NCBI GenBank assembly: GCA_043747615.1
Contig: JAYTOU010000046.1
Span: forward strand, 32,001-96,000
Origin: Myxococcales bacterium
Lineage (GTDB): Bacteria > Myxococcota_A > Polyangia > Polyangiales > Polyangiaceae
Reading direction: 5' to 3'
DNA: 64,000 nucleotides
This document shows, piece after piece, positions 52,158-62,548 of this stretch. The notes beneath the pieces were generated by a model. It did no database searches, was not told where the DNA came from, and saw nothing but the letters and a program-made list of their open reading frames with translations. The position numbers and the translations under genes were made by a program. Numbering within the stretch: position 1 is the stretch's first letter; the number at the start of each line of letters is the position of its first letter.

Positions 52158-52900
52158 CTACCAGCCGAGCAAACCCACCAGGACCCCTGCGTAGATCGAT
52201 CGCGATTCTTTCACCTCGGTCGTGCCGGCGAGCGCATTGAGAATATTCACGTCTCCGCGAAAAACGCTGCCGTCTGCGCAGAGGGCAACGGTGTTCGCGA
52301 CGTAGCCGCAGACGGAGCCGCGCACCACGTCGACCGGAGTGCCGGGTGCGCTCTGGGCCTCGATGCGCATCATGGTGACGTCCACCCGACCGAAGCGCGA
52401 ATGCGCAGCCGCGTAGCCTCCCCACTCGAAGCTCGCGCCGAGGGTTCGCGACGCCGAATCGCCCGTGTTGTAGCGCCCCGCGAGGATCGGCCCGCCGCGG
52501 GCCGCGAGCTCGAAGACCGTGGGCCCGCTCACGTACTGGTAGCCGAGCTGCAACTGAGGGAGCTCCAGACGCGAGAAGTACAGCTTGCTGTTTCCCACGA
52601 GCTCGCCGCCGATTCCGATGCGTACGAACGGGCCTTGATGCGGCGCGATCACGGCCCGATAGCCGACCGCAAGATCTGCGCCGAGCCCACCTTCCACGGC
52701 CCCTGATCCACCACCAAGAGCGAAGAACGATGAGGTCCTCGCAGTCACGTCTTCCCAGGTCTCGTATTTTTCGGCGGTGCGTGCGAAGGCAAGACCGAGC
52801 GTGCTCCCGTCGGCGGGGGAGTGGAAGCATCGTCGGCATGGGCAGGCAGGGCGAAAAGCAGCGCCGCACATCCCAGCTAACAGAGCAGACCGCTTCGCAT
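52158..52900 (-). pseudogene. Putative outer-membrane beta-barrel protein with disrupted 5' end
   Basis: The body ORF 52158..52871 has amphipathic beta strands ending in W. A signal peptide lies in another frame from ATG 52900, with an internal TAG and a frameshift near 52815-52819. Confidence 0.5.
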
Positions 52901-52926
52901 GGTGTGAGCTTACCTTGGCGCTCGAC

Positions 52927-55191
52927 TCAGGTCTTGCGCGGGGGCGGCCTTTCGGTTCCCCGCTCGTTGTAGGGGCGCGGAGGCATAACGGCGGAGTACA
53001 TCACCGGCCAGGGCAGCTCGAAATATCCCTGCTCCTCAGCTGCGAAAAGCGTCCAGTTCGGGTTCTTCAGATGGGGCCGCGCGAGCACGCAGAGATCGGC
53101 CCGCCGCGCCGCCAGGATGGTGTTCACTTGGTCCGCGGTGCTGATGTTGCCGACCGTCATAGTGGGGATGCCCGCTTCGTTGCGAACCTGATCGCTGAAG
53201 GGAGTCTGGTACATCCGACCGTACACGGGCTTGGCTTCCCTCGTGGTCTGGCCGGCAGAGACGTCGATGATGTCGCATCCACGCTCCTTCAGCGCGCGCG
53301 CGACGACGACCGCGTCTTCGCAGACGAAGCCGCCGGGCACCCAGTCCGTGGCCGAGATTCGCACGCTCATCGGCCGCTCTTTTGGCCACGCCTCGCGCAT
53401 CGCGGTGAAGACCTCGAGCGGGTAGCGCATGCGATTTTCGAGGGAGCCTCCGTACGCGTCGGTGCGGACGTTGGTGAGCGGCGACAGAAAGGTGGCGAGG
53501 AGATAGCCGTGCGCCATGTGGATCTCGATCATGTCGAAGCCCGCTTCGTCCGCCATGTGCACGGCGCGCACGAAGTCTGCCTTCACGCGATCCATGTCGT
53601 CGCGGTTCATCTCGCGCGGCACCTGATTTTTAGGACCGTAGGCGATAGGCGACGCGCCGAGGAGAGGCCAGCTTCCCTCGCCGAGTGGTTCGCCCCCGAG
53701 CCAGGGGACGTTGGTCGCGCCCTTGCGGCCTGCGTGGCCGAGCTGGAGAGAAATCGCCGCGCGCGAGCGGGCGTGCACGAAGTCGACGATGCGTCGCCAG
53801 GCAACGACGTGCTCCGGCTCGTACATCCCGGCGCATCCGGGGGAGATCCGTCCATCGCGCGAGACGTCGGTCATTTCGGTGGCGACGAGGCCCGCTCCGC
53901 CCATCGCCCGCGCGCCGAGGTGCACCAGATGGAAGTCGTTCACGAGACCGTTCTCCGCCGAGTACATGCACATGGACGAGACGACGACGCGATTCATGAG
54001 CGTCATCCCGCGCAGGCGAAAGGGGGTGAACATCGGTGGCGTGTCGAGCGGAGTGCCAGGACACTGCGCTGCAAATTCTCGGGTCACCTCGGCGCCGAAC
54101 GCGGGATCGCGCAGCTTGAGGTTTTGGTAACCGATTTTTTTGCTGCGCGAGACGAGGCTGAACGCGAAAGGGATCGGCTCGAAGCGGGCGTAGCGCTTTG
54201 CGTTTTCGAACCACACCAGGCTGTCTTGGGCCGCTTTCTGGATCCGTTCGACCACCGGCCTGCGCTCGATCTCGTAGGCCTCGATCGCTGCGATCGGATT
54301 TTTGTGACGTTCGCACGCGGCGGCGAGACCGATGGCGTCTTCCATCGCCAGCTTGGTTCCCGAGCCGATCGAAAAATGCGCCGTGTGCGCGGCGTCTCCC
54401 AAGAGGACGATGTTGTCCTTGCGCCAGCACGCGTTTTTCACGGTGGCGAAGTTGATCCAGCTCGCGTTGTTGGAGAGGAGCTTTTCGCCCCCAAGGTGAG
54501 AGGCAAAGAGCTTCTCAAGGTAGGCGAGCGTCTCCTCGGGGCTTGCGCTCGCGAGCCCTGCGCGCCGCCACGACTCTTCGTCGCACTCCACGATGAAGGT
54601 GCTCGTCTCGGGATCGAAGCGGTAGGCGTGCACCTGGAAGAGGCCGTGCGCGTTCTCCTCGAAGATGAACGTGAAGGCGTCGAACAATTTTCGTGTGCCG
54701 AGCCAAATGTATTTCGAATGCCGGACGTCGAGCGACGGGCGAAAGGTGTCTGCGAACATGCGCCGTATCTTGCTGTTGACGCCGTCGGCCGCGACGATGA
54801 GATCGGCATCCGCGTAGGCGGAGATGTCGTCGACCTCCGTGCGGAACACGACTTTCACTCCCAGGCTCGCGCATCGCTTCTGCAGAATCTGAAGAAGCGA
54901 GCGCCTGGAAATTCCCGAAAAGCCGTGGCCACCGGAGCGAACCACCTGCCCGCGGTACTTCACGTCGATCGCATCCCAGTGCGCAAAGGTGCGGGTGATC
55001 TCTTCGTGCGTCTCGCGATCGTTCTCTTCGAGGTAGCCGAGCGTCTCGTCGGAGAAGACCACGCCCCATCCGAAGGTTTCTCCGGGCGCGTTCCGCTCGA
55101 CGACGGTGATGTCGTGGGTGGGATCGAGCTTCTTCATGAGCAGACCGAAGTAGAGACCGGCCGGCCCGCCGCCAAGGCACACGATGCGCAT
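52927..55191 (-). CDS. Bifunctional salicylyl-/anthraniloyl-CoA monooxygenase-reductase
   Basis: FAD monooxygenase ([43 protein letters not shown]) fused to an old-yellow-enzyme domain ([22 protein letters not shown]). Confidence 0.92.
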   Translation of the reverse strand: MRIVCLGGGPAGLYFGLLMKKLDPTHDITVVERNAPGETFGWGVVFSDETLGYLEENDRETHEEITRTFAHWDAIDVKYRGQVVRSGGHGFSGISRRSLLQILQKRCASLGVKVVFRTEVDDISAYADADLIVAADGVNSKIRRMFADTFRPSLDVRHSKYIWLGTRKLFDAFTFIFEENAHGLFQVHAYRFDPETSTFIVECDEESWRRAGLASASPEETLAYLEKLFASHLGGEKLLSNNASWINFATVKNACWRKDNIVLLGDAAHTAHFSIGSGTKLAMEDAIGLAAACERHKNPIAAIEAYEIERRPVVERIQKAAQDSLVWFENAKRYARFEPIPFAFSLVSRSKKIGYQNLKLRDPAFGAEVTREFAAQCPGTPLDTPPMFTPFRLRGMTLMNRVVVSSMCMYSAENGLVNDFHLVHLGARAMGGAGLVATEMTDVSRDGRISPGCAGMYEPEHVVAWRRIVDFVHARSRAAISLQLGHAGRKGATNVPWLGGEPLGEGSWPLLGASPIAYGPKNQVPREMNRDDMDRVKADFVRAVHMADEAGFDMIEIHMAHGYLLATFLSPLTNVRTDAYGGSLENRMRYPLEVFTAMREAWPKERPMSVRISATDWVPGGFVCEDAVVVARALKERGCDIIDVSAGQTTREAKPVYGRMYQTPFSDQVRNEAGIPTMTVGNISTADQVNTILAARRADLCVLARPHLKNPNWTLFAAEEQGYFELPWPVMYSAVMPPRPYNERGTERPPPRKT

Positions 55192-55214
55192 AGCGCGCAC
55201 TTTACGGCATCAGG

Positions 55215-56195
55215 TCAAAAGGATCCGCTGAACAGAGCGATTGATGGAAGCGCGGGGAGCGCGGGGCCACGGTTGTTCTTCGCCTCGTCGCCCCAGACGG
55301 CCCGCGTGGGCGCGGCGGCTTGGGCCCGGGACGGCAGTCCCGGCTGCTGCGTTTCCTTGGTGCGCGCGTTACCGCCGATCAAGAGGATGCCCGGGATGAG
55401 GCCCGCCAGACCAATGCCGCTCATGACCACGCCGGCAACTTCGATCCCCCTTCCCTGACTCGAGTACGTGTGCCCTGCTTCGACCGATGCGCCGACGGCA
55501 ACGACCAGAAGCCCGATGAGGAGAATCGGTCCGCCGATCGCCGTGAGGGCGATGCCTCCGCCGAGGCCGCCGCTGCTCCCTGCTTCCACGGTGAGGATGA
55601 TGTGATCGCCCGCCTTTCCCTCGAGGAGGAACGGCTTGGAGTTTGTTTTTCCGGAGCCCGTCAGGCGGTACGTACTGTCCAAGGGGAGAGACTTGTCGCA
55701 GGGTGACGAGCACACCACGGTCCATCCGCGGTTCGCGTCGTTGCGCTGCTCGAGGTTCACTGCGTCGCCTTCCATGTGGACCATCGCCGACGGGCCGCTC
55801 GAGGCCTGCGCCAAAGCTACGGGCGCTGGACCGCTCGGGACGATGATCGTCGAGCTCGCCGCCGCTGCCCTCTCGACGCGCATGATGACGCCCCACTGCA
55901 CGGTCGCGGTCTGTCCGGTAGGTAGTTGTAGAGCGCAATGATCGCCCGGAAGGAGCTCGACGAGGGTGCCTCTGAGAACGCTCCCGTCCTTGAGGAAAAT
56001 CGCATCACCCGCCGTCCCCGGATTGCTCGTCGCCATGATGATGGGAGCAGACGCAGGCGGTTGCTCGGGAGCTTGCGCGGGGAGAGGAGCGCTCGGCGCG
56101 GGTTTTGCGCCCGGCCCTTTGGCGAATGCGGGAACGGAGATGACCTGGAGCGCGGCGAGGAACGCAGCGCCAAAAGAAGTGGAGAGCTTGCGCAC
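55215..56195 (-). CDS. Secreted hypothetical protein with C-terminal Gly-rich hydrophobic hairpin
   Basis: Signal peptide, DAIFLKDGSVLRG domain, CSSPC motif, two Gly-rich helices, ends FSGSF. Confidence 0.75.
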   Translation of the reverse strand: MRKLSTSFGAAFLAALQVISVPAFAKGPGAKPAPSAPLPAQAPEQPPASAPIIMATSNPGTAGDAIFLKDGSVLRGTLVELLPGDHCALQLPTGQTATVQWGVIMRVERAAAASSTIIVPSGPAPVALAQASSGPSAMVHMEGDAVNLEQRNDANRGWTVVCSSPCDKSLPLDSTYRLTGSGKTNSKPFLLEGKAGDHIILTVEAGSSGGLGGGIALTAIGGPILLIGLLVVAVGASVEAGHTYSSQGRGIEVAGVVMSGIGLAGLIPGILLIGGNARTKETQQPGLPSRAQAAAPTRAVWGDEAKNNRGPALPALPSIALFSGSF

Positions 56196-56372
56196 GGCGC
56201 GAGGATGAGCAACCTGCGTGCCGCGACCAGTCCCCGCGAAACCCCTTATTTCGAGGAAGCAAGCCCGGCGTGAAGCCGAGCGTTTACACCCCCGGGGCCA
56301 GACCGTTCACGTTGGGGCCGCGGGAAAATTGAGCCGTGCACAAGCGCGCGCGGCTATCCTTCGCACGTAAAG

Positions 56373-59126
56373 ATGCGCACCCTCGTCGACATCCGTTCCG
56401 GTGAGCGCGCCGCGACGCTGAGCGCGTTCTTCACTCTGTTCGGAATCACGGCCGCCCACACGCTCCTCGAGACGGCGCGCGACGCGCTCTTCTTGGCGCG
56501 CATTCCTGTGTCGAGGCTCCCCTTCGTCTCGATCGCGCTTGCCGCGATTGGCCTGCTGCTCCTCACGAAAAAACCGAAGTCGGGTGAGGTCACCAACAGA
56601 CACGTCGTCGCGCAAGCTCTGGTGATCGCGGCGCTGGTGACGGGGACGTTTTGGGGGCTCAGCTCGTGGAAGCATCCTGCGCTCCTCTACGCGCTCTACT
56701 TGTGGTCCGGCCTCTTTGCGTCATGGGTCGTCCTTCGGTTCTGGCTCGTGCTCGGGGGAACGTTCAACGTCACGCAGGCGAAGCGACTCTACGGCTTCAT
56801 CGGCGCTGGAAGCGTGCTCGGCGCTGTGTTCGGGGCAGGCACTGCGCGGGCGCTCGCGGCGATGCTTCCGGCTCGCCACCTCCTCCTCGGGTCGTCCGCG
56901 CTCCTCCTTCTCACCGTGGCGCCGAGCATCCTCCTGGCCCAGCAGACGAACGACAGCGCACCCGCGGAGGGCGGCGCGCGGTCCCCACAGGCCGCACCTG
57001 AAATGGCCTCGGTCCGCGACGATTTACGCATCGTACGCGACAGTCCGTTCATCACCCGCATCTTGTGGCTTGTTCTTCTGTCGACGGTGACCGTCACCTT
57101 CGTCGACTACATCTTCAAGAGCGCGGTCACGAGGTTCGTCCCGACCGACCAGCTCGGCGCGTACTTCGCGAGCGTCGCTGTGGTCACCAACGCGATCGCA
57201 CTCTTTGCTCAGCTCTTCGCGGTAGGCTGGATTCTCCGCACCTTCGGAGTGCACCGTGCCCTGTGGGTCATGCCCGTGTTGCTCTTCTTCGGAGCAGGAG
57301 GCGTCATCTTCGGCGGCGGTCTCGCTGCAGCGCTCCTCCTCAAAGGCGTCGACGGTTCGCTCCGCTACTCCGTTCATCGCACGAGCACCGAGCTTCTCTA
57401 CCTACCGATTTCGGATCGCGCACGCTCACGGGTCAAGCCGTTCATCGATCTCGTCGGCCAGCGCGGCGGTCAAGCGGCAGCGTCGATCGCCATCCTCGCC
57501 TTCGTCGGCGTGGGCTTCGGCCATCGCAGCCTCGCGCTCGTGGCTGCATTGCTCGCTCTCGGCTGGGTCGTCGTGGCCGCGGGTATCAAGCGCCACTACC
57601 TCGAGCTCTTCCGAGCGACGCTCCGCGATGGCCGCGTCGACTACCACGGAGAGCTTCCCACGCTCGACCTCGGCGCTCTCGAAGCCCTCTTTGCGGCCCT
57701 GAGCAGCAGCAAAGACGTCGAGGTCCTCGCCGCGCTCGATCTGCTCGAGGCTCAGGATCGCCAGCGGCTCATCCCGCCCCTCATCCTCTACCATCCGTCG
57801 CGCGACGTCGTTCTCAAGGCTTTCGATCTCTTCGTGCGGCAAGGGCGAACGGATTTCGTGGCCATCGCCGATCGCCTCGACGGACACGCCGACGTGCAGA
57901 TCCGCGCCGCCGCGCTCCGCGCCCGATCGGTGGTGGTGCCCGACGAAGAGCTCCTGCGCGCGCACCTCGATGATCCATCGCCAGAGGTTCGAACGACGGC
58001 GTACGTGAGCATGGTCTGGCGTGGATGGCTGTCTCCCGAAGAGCGAGAGGCCATCAGGCTCGTCGAGGAAAACCTCACTCCGGCTGCGAAGATTGCGCTT
58101 GTGCGGGCTATCCGCGAAGAGCCGTCGCCCGTCTTTCATGAGGCCCTGATGCGCCACGCTCAGAGCGGCGATCCGGAGCTCGAGAGCGAAGTCGCACTAG
58201 CGATGGGACGGATCGGTAGCCCCGAATTTTTCCCGGTGCTCTTCCGGATGCTCGAGCATCGCTACCAGGGAGCGGCGGCGCGAGAGGCCTTCGTCACTGC
58301 CGGTCCGAGTGGTCTCGATTTTTTGGATGAGCTGCTGAGTGACACCAAGGTGAAGAGCATCGACCGTGCCGGCATTCCGAGGGCCATCGGCATGTTCGAG
58401 CCGTGGCGAGCGGCTCCTGTGCTCATGAAGCACCTCAAAAACGAGAGGGACGGCACCGTCCGATTCCGCATCTTGCGCGCTTTGTCGAAGGTCCGCGCCA
58501 CCGATCCGACGCTCAAGCTCGACACGAAGGTGCTCGTCGCGATGACCGAAGACACGCTCAAAAACTGCTTCCGCCTGATCGAGTGGGGGCTGGCCATCCA
58601 TCGTTTCGTCCTCCAGAGCCCGTCGCGCAACACGCCTGCGCTCCAACTCATTTCCACGCTTCTTCGCGACAAAGAGAGCCACGCCATAGGCCGAATTTTT
58701 CTCCTTCTCGGGCTCATTCATCCTGGCGAAAATTTCGAGCGCATCTACCGCGGGCTCCAGCACAAGAATGCCAAGGCGCGCGCGAGCAGCCGTGAGCTCA
58801 TCGAAAATCTGATCCGTGCGCCGCTTCGGAGCCCGCTCCTCGCGCTCGTCGACGACCTTTCGGGTGCCGCACGGCTGGCGGCGGCGGCGCCGTTCTACAC
58901 GCCCGCGCATCTGGAGTACGAGAGCCTCGTGCAGGCCCTGGTGTCGCAGACCGACGAGAACCTTCACAGCCTCGCGAAGTACTACGCGATCGAGTCTGGG
59001 ATGAAGCTCGCGGACGAGACCGCCGCGCACGCATCGAGCACCTTCAGCGTCGCCGTCACTGCGCGCACACGAGAACTCGCCGAGGGCGCTGCGTCTCGTA
59101 AACCGATAACCCTGGCTCCGGCATGA
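56373..59126 (+). CDS. Npt/TLC-like MFS transporter fused to HEAT repeats
   Basis: About 12 TMs with ETARDALFL, QAKRLYGFIGAG, DGSLRYS, ELLYLP; then DPSPEVR and DGTVRFRILRAL HEAT-like repeats. Confidence 0.85.
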   Translation: MRTLVDIRSGERAATLSAFFTLFGITAAHTLLETARDALFLARIPVSRLPFVSIALAAIGLLLLTKKPKSGEVTNRHVVAQALVIAALVTGTFWGLSSWKHPALLYALYLWSGLFASWVVLRFWLVLGGTFNVTQAKRLYGFIGAGSVLGAVFGAGTARALAAMLPARHLLLGSSALLLLTVAPSILLAQQTNDSAPAEGGARSPQAAPEMASVRDDLRIVRDSPFITRILWLVLLSTVTVTFVDYIFKSAVTRFVPTDQLGAYFASVAVVTNAIALFAQLFAVGWILRTFGVHRALWVMPVLLFFGAGGVIFGGGLAAALLLKGVDGSLRYSVHRTSTELLYLPISDRARSRVKPFIDLVGQRGGQAAASIAILAFVGVGFGHRSLALVAALLALGWVVVAAGIKRHYLELFRATLRDGRVDYHGELPTLDLGALEALFAALSSSKDVEVLAALDLLEAQDRQRLIPPLILYHPSRDVVLKAFDLFVRQGRTDFVAIADRLDGHADVQIRAAALRARSVVVPDEELLRAHLDDPSPEVRTTAYVSMVWRGWLSPEEREAIRLVEENLTPAAKIALVRAIREEPSPVFHEALMRHAQSGDPELESEVALAMGRIGSPEFFPVLFRMLEHRYQGAAAREAFVTAGPSGLDFLDELLSDTKVKSIDRAGIPRAIGMFEPWRAAPVLMKHLKNERDGTVRFRILRALSKVRATDPTLKLDTKVLVAMTEDTLKNCFRLIEWGLAIHRFVLQSPSRNTPALQLISTLLRDKESHAIGRIFLLLGLIHPGENFERIYRGLQHKNAKARASSRELIENLIRAPLRSPLLALVDDLSGAARLAAAAPFYTPAHLEYESLVQALVSQTDENLHSLAKYYAIESGMKLADETAAHASSTFSVAVTARTRELAEGAASRKPITLAPA

Positions 59127-60103
59127 GAGACGATCCCCCGAAAATTCCGATGACCGAGCGCAGCCTTCACCTGCGCGCCATTCCTGTCGGCACGCTCTTG
59201 CCGCCGCCGGTGCTCGCCATCATCGCCACCCATCTGAAGGAGCACGCTTACGAAAAGGGTGACGTCCTCTTGCGGCACGGCGAGATGGTCGGCGGTCTGC
59301 ACCTCTTGGTGAAAGGCTCTCTCAGACTGTCGGCGAAGGGAAAAGAGCTGGTCGTGATGACCCCTCCGCAGAGCTTCGGTTTTCTCGGGATCCTCGCGCG
59401 CAGCGAGTCGATCTACGACGTGGATTTCCCGGAGGGCGCCGTCACGTTGGAGCTCGACGCGGACACGCTCCACGAGCTGCTCGAAGATCACTTCCCGCTG
59501 CTCTACGCCACGCTCAACTACCTTGCGGAGCGCTTGCTCCACGAGCTCGTGGAGCTCCCGGCCGAAGCCCTCGCCATCCCCATGGGTCCGGAGGTCGACA
59601 TTCCGGAGCACGAGCTCGACTTCATCGAGCGCATCTTTTTCCTGCGCAAAATGGGCGCTTTTTCGACGGCTAACCTGAACGCGCTCGCCGTGATGTCCTC
59701 GAACCTCGTCGAGATGCGCCTGCCGGCAGGCACGGTTCTATGGAAGGAAGGTACGCCTTCTGACCACGTGATCATGGTCGTCTCGGGCAAGCTTCGCTGC
59801 ACGACGGACAGCGGCAAAGTATTTCTTTACGGCGCCAACACCGTCATCGGTGGAATCGAAGCACTCGCCGGAAGGCCCCACTGGTACACCCTCGTCGCCG
59901 ACACGCCCGTCCTATGCTTCAAAGGGGTCCAAGAAGTATTTCTGGATCTCATGGAGGAAAATTTTTCGATGGCCTCCGACTTCATGGGGTTCCTCGCCCA
60001 GCGCTTGCTGCAGCTCTACAGCCGCAAGGCCGATCAGGGGCTGAGCACCGTCAACGTGCCGCGCGAGATGCCGAAGCTGGGTCGCGTGGCGATGGGCGCG
60101 TAA
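59123..60103 (+). CDS. Tandem cyclic-nucleotide-binding-domain protein
   Basis: Two cNMP-like domains (KGDVLLRHGE..LHLLVKG; AGTVLWKEG..IMVVSGK); ATGA overlap with the transporter gene. Confidence 0.85.
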   Translation: MRDDPPKIPMTERSLHLRAIPVGTLLPPPVLAIIATHLKEHAYEKGDVLLRHGEMVGGLHLLVKGSLRLSAKGKELVVMTPPQSFGFLGILARSESIYDVDFPEGAVTLELDADTLHELLEDHFPLLYATLNYLAERLLHELVELPAEALAIPMGPEVDIPEHELDFIERIFFLRKMGAFSTANLNALAVMSSNLVEMRLPAGTVLWKEGTPSDHVIMVVSGKLRCTTDSGKVFLYGANTVIGGIEALAGRPHWYTLVADTPVLCFKGVQEVFLDLMEENFSMASDFMGFLAQRLLQLYSRKADQGLSTVNVPREMPKLGRVAMGA

Positions 60104-60124
60104 CGGTTCGTGCGGCCGCTCGCG

Positions 60125-60928
60125 TCACGTGATGGCGACGACCTCGCCTGCGCTCCACTTACGCAGCGTGCCGTCGTCCCCGCGCACACAGAGTCGGCCT
60201 TCGAGATCGATTCCTTCCGCGAAGCCCTCGCCCTGCTCGCCGCGGACCCGTGAGCCGCGGAGCGCATCGGCCTCGCTGAGCCGCGCGTGCACGGTTCCGA
60301 TCCCGCGCATGGCAGCGACCGGTAGATCGCGATCGAGGCCGGAGAGAAGGTCCGCCAAGAGCTCCGCGCGGTCGGGCACGCTCGTGGACTCGAGAGCAAT
60401 CGAGGTAGCGCGGGCAGCGATTTCTTCGGGGAAGGATCGCGCGTGCACGTTGATGCCGACGCCCACCACGATCGACTCGACGTTCGTTCCAGCGAGCTGC
60501 GCCTCGACGAGAACGCCCGCGACTTTTTTCTTTCCAATGAGGACGTCGTTCGGCCACTTCAACGTGACGTGCGCGGCCGTCGACTGCACGGCTTTCGCGA
60601 CGGCGTCCCGCGCGGCGAGACCAGCCACTAGAGCGAGCGGCGGGAGGCGTGCCGGCGGGCAGCGAATCCGCAAGAGCACCGACACGAGGAGGCTCTCACC
60701 GCGCGCAGCGAGCCACACGCGACCTTGCCGCCCACGGCCCGCTGACTGAGACTCCGCCACCCAGACCGCGCCATGAGGTGCGCCCGCCTTCGCGCCTGCT
60801 TTCGCTTGGTCGTTGGTCGACGTCGTCTCTTCCAGCCAGAAATAAGGCTTTCCGAGCTCTCCACCGCGCGCGGCGAGGAGCTCGGGCGCGCGCGCGAGAT
60901 CAGGTGCGCAGCGAGACGTGAGAAGCAT
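60125..60928 (-). CDS. birA: Biotin-protein ligase (no HTH)
   Basis: TSTND, AESQSAGRGRQGRVW, KWPNDV, KKVAGVL, GVGIN. Confidence 0.95.
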   Translation of the reverse strand: MLLTSRCAPDLARAPELLAARGGELGKPYFWLEETTSTNDQAKAGAKAGAPHGAVWVAESQSAGRGRQGRVWLAARGESLLVSVLLRIRCPPARLPPLALVAGLAARDAVAKAVQSTAAHVTLKWPNDVLIGKKKVAGVLVEAQLAGTNVESIVVGVGINVHARSFPEEIAARATSIALESTSVPDRAELLADLLSGLDRDLPVAAMRGIGTVHARLSEADALRGSRVRGEQGEGFAEGIDLEGRLCVRGDDGTLRKWSAGEVVAIT

Positions 60929-61817
60929 CGTGGCTCATGTGGAGCGCAGCATCGGGTGTGCCCGAAAAATCAAGACCGATATCCGCCGCGGGCGCGGAGT
61001 GGGTGAGAGCTCCGACGGAGATGACGTCGACACCGACGCGCGCGAGCTCCGCGATGCGTTCGAGGGTGATTCCGCCCGAGGCTTCGGTGAGCGCTTTTCC
61101 TCTGGAGCGTCGTACGCCTTCGGCCACGTCTTCGGTCGGCATGTTGTCGAGGAGAACGCTGTCTGCCCCGGCGGCGAGCGCTTCGTCGAGCTGCTCGAGC
61201 GAGTCGACTTCGCATTCTATGCGGCAAGTGTGAGAGGCGGTTTTCTTGGCGCGCTCGATGGCTGCGGTGACTCCCCCCGCGGCGATGACGTGGTTGTCTT
61301 TGATGAGCACGGCGCTCCCGAGATCATCCCGATGGTTTTTCCCACCCCCCACGCGCACCGCGTAGCGCTCGAGAAGCCGAAGCCCGGGCGTGGTCTTTCG
61401 AGTGTCAGTGACCCGCGTCCCCGACCCGACGGGGATCGCCCGAACGTAGGAGTGAGTGATGGTGGCGACTCCGCTCATGCGTTGGGTGAAGTTGAGGGCC
61501 ACCCGCTCGCCCATGAGGATCGAGCGTGCCCGACCGCGGACCATCCAGAGTTTGGTGCCGGGAGCAACGAGGCTGCCCTCGGCGCGCAGGGCCTCGATCT
61601 CGACGTTCGGATCGATGAGCTTGAAGACGCGCTCGAAGACCGGCCCGCCGCAGACGACGAGCTCGCTGCGGGCAACGGCGTGCGCGACCGCGCGGGTCTC
61701 GGCATCGACGCACGCTTCGGTGGTCACGTCCCCGGCGCTCAAGTCTTCCTCGATGGCGCGCTCGATGACGCGGTCGACGAGGATGAGCGGGAGGGCAAAC
61801 ATCTGGGACGACGCCAT
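60900..61817 (-). CDS. nadC: Quinolinate phosphoribosyltransferase
   Basis: ERVALN, DTRKTTPGLR, LIKDNH, LLDNM, EASGG, SVGALTHS. Confidence 0.97.
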   Translation of the reverse strand: MASSQMFALPLILVDRVIERAIEEDLSAGDVTTEACVDAETRAVAHAVARSELVVCGGPVFERVFKLIDPNVEIEALRAEGSLVAPGTKLWMVRGRARSILMGERVALNFTQRMSGVATITHSYVRAIPVGSGTRVTDTRKTTPGLRLLERYAVRVGGGKNHRDDLGSAVLIKDNHVIAAGGVTAAIERAKKTASHTCRIECEVDSLEQLDEALAAGADSVLLDNMPTEDVAEGVRRSRGKALTEASGGITLERIAELARVGVDVISVGALTHSAPAADIGLDFSGTPDAALHMSHDASHVSLRT

Positions 61818-61890
61818 GACCGCGGAGACTAGCCGACCTTCGGGAGACTGTGTCGCGTGATAAACATTGCGCGACTTCTGCTCGGGGCTG

Positions 61891-62544
61891 TTACCAAATC
61901 TGAATCGGCCATCCCCGCTTGGTGGCCAGGCGCTTCAAGCGCGGATCGGGATTGACTACCACCGGCTCGCGTACTTTCTCGAGCAACGGTAAATCGGTGT
62001 ACGAATCGCTGTAGAACGTGGCCTCCGCCAGATCGAAGCCGAGCTCGTCCGCGAAACGTGAGGCACGCTCGACCTTGCCGACGCCGTAGCAAAGAGGTTC
62101 GACGATCCGGCCGGTGAAGGCACCCTGGGCGTCGACTTCGAGCTCACTGGAGACGACGTGATCAATCCCGAGACGCCGCGCGAGTGGGCCGGCCACATAG
62201 GGAGACGCGCCGGTCACTATGGCGACGATGTCTCCCCTCGCGCGATGACGGGCGACGGCGGCGCGACCGCGGTCGGTCACATGCTCCTCGACGAAGCGGC
62301 GAAACCAGTCGTCGCAGCGCGCCGCGAGCACTGTCTCCTGCATGCCTGCAAAGCTGCGGAGAGCTTTCTTTGCAACTTCAGGAGCATCGATCACGCCGAG
62401 CGTGTACTGGGCGATCCACACCGCGAGGCGGGCCGAGTCGCGCCACGTAGCCTCGCCGACCGAGCGTTGGTAGCGGACGTAGAGGGTGGCGGTCTCGCGG
62501 CGCACGAGGGTCCGGTCGAGATCGAAGAGGGCGGCGCGACGCAT
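61891..62544 (-). CDS. HAD-IB (SerB-like) hydrolase
   Basis: FDLDRTL, VTGA, YSDSYTDLPLL, VVNPD. Confidence 0.92.
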   Translation of the reverse strand: MRRAALFDLDRTLVRRETATLYVRYQRSVGEATWRDSARLAVWIAQYTLGVIDAPEVAKKALRSFAGMQETVLAARCDDWFRRFVEEHVTDRGRAAVARHRARGDIVAIVTGASPYVAGPLARRLGIDHVVSSELEVDAQGAFTGRIVEPLCYGVGKVERASRFADELGFDLAEATFYSDSYTDLPLLEKVREPVVVNPDPRLKRLATKRGWPIQIW

Positions 62545-62548
62545 GAGG

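Noticed and set aside
52777..55458. 893-aa antisense ORF (likewise 6612-8375, 24713-26470, 48488-50434)
   Set aside because: Each mirrors a well-supported gene on the opposite strand
56208..56372. Intergenic region before the Npt-like gene as a candidate riboswitch
   Set aside because: Explained by divergent promoters (TATCCT near the ATG); no known aptamer consensus seen
61852..61875. Hairpin GTCGCGTGAT-AAAC-ATTGCGCGAC upstream of nadC
   Set aside because: Pairs well only on the plus strand through G-U wobble, opposite to the flanking genes, and lacks a U-tract; not supportable as a terminator
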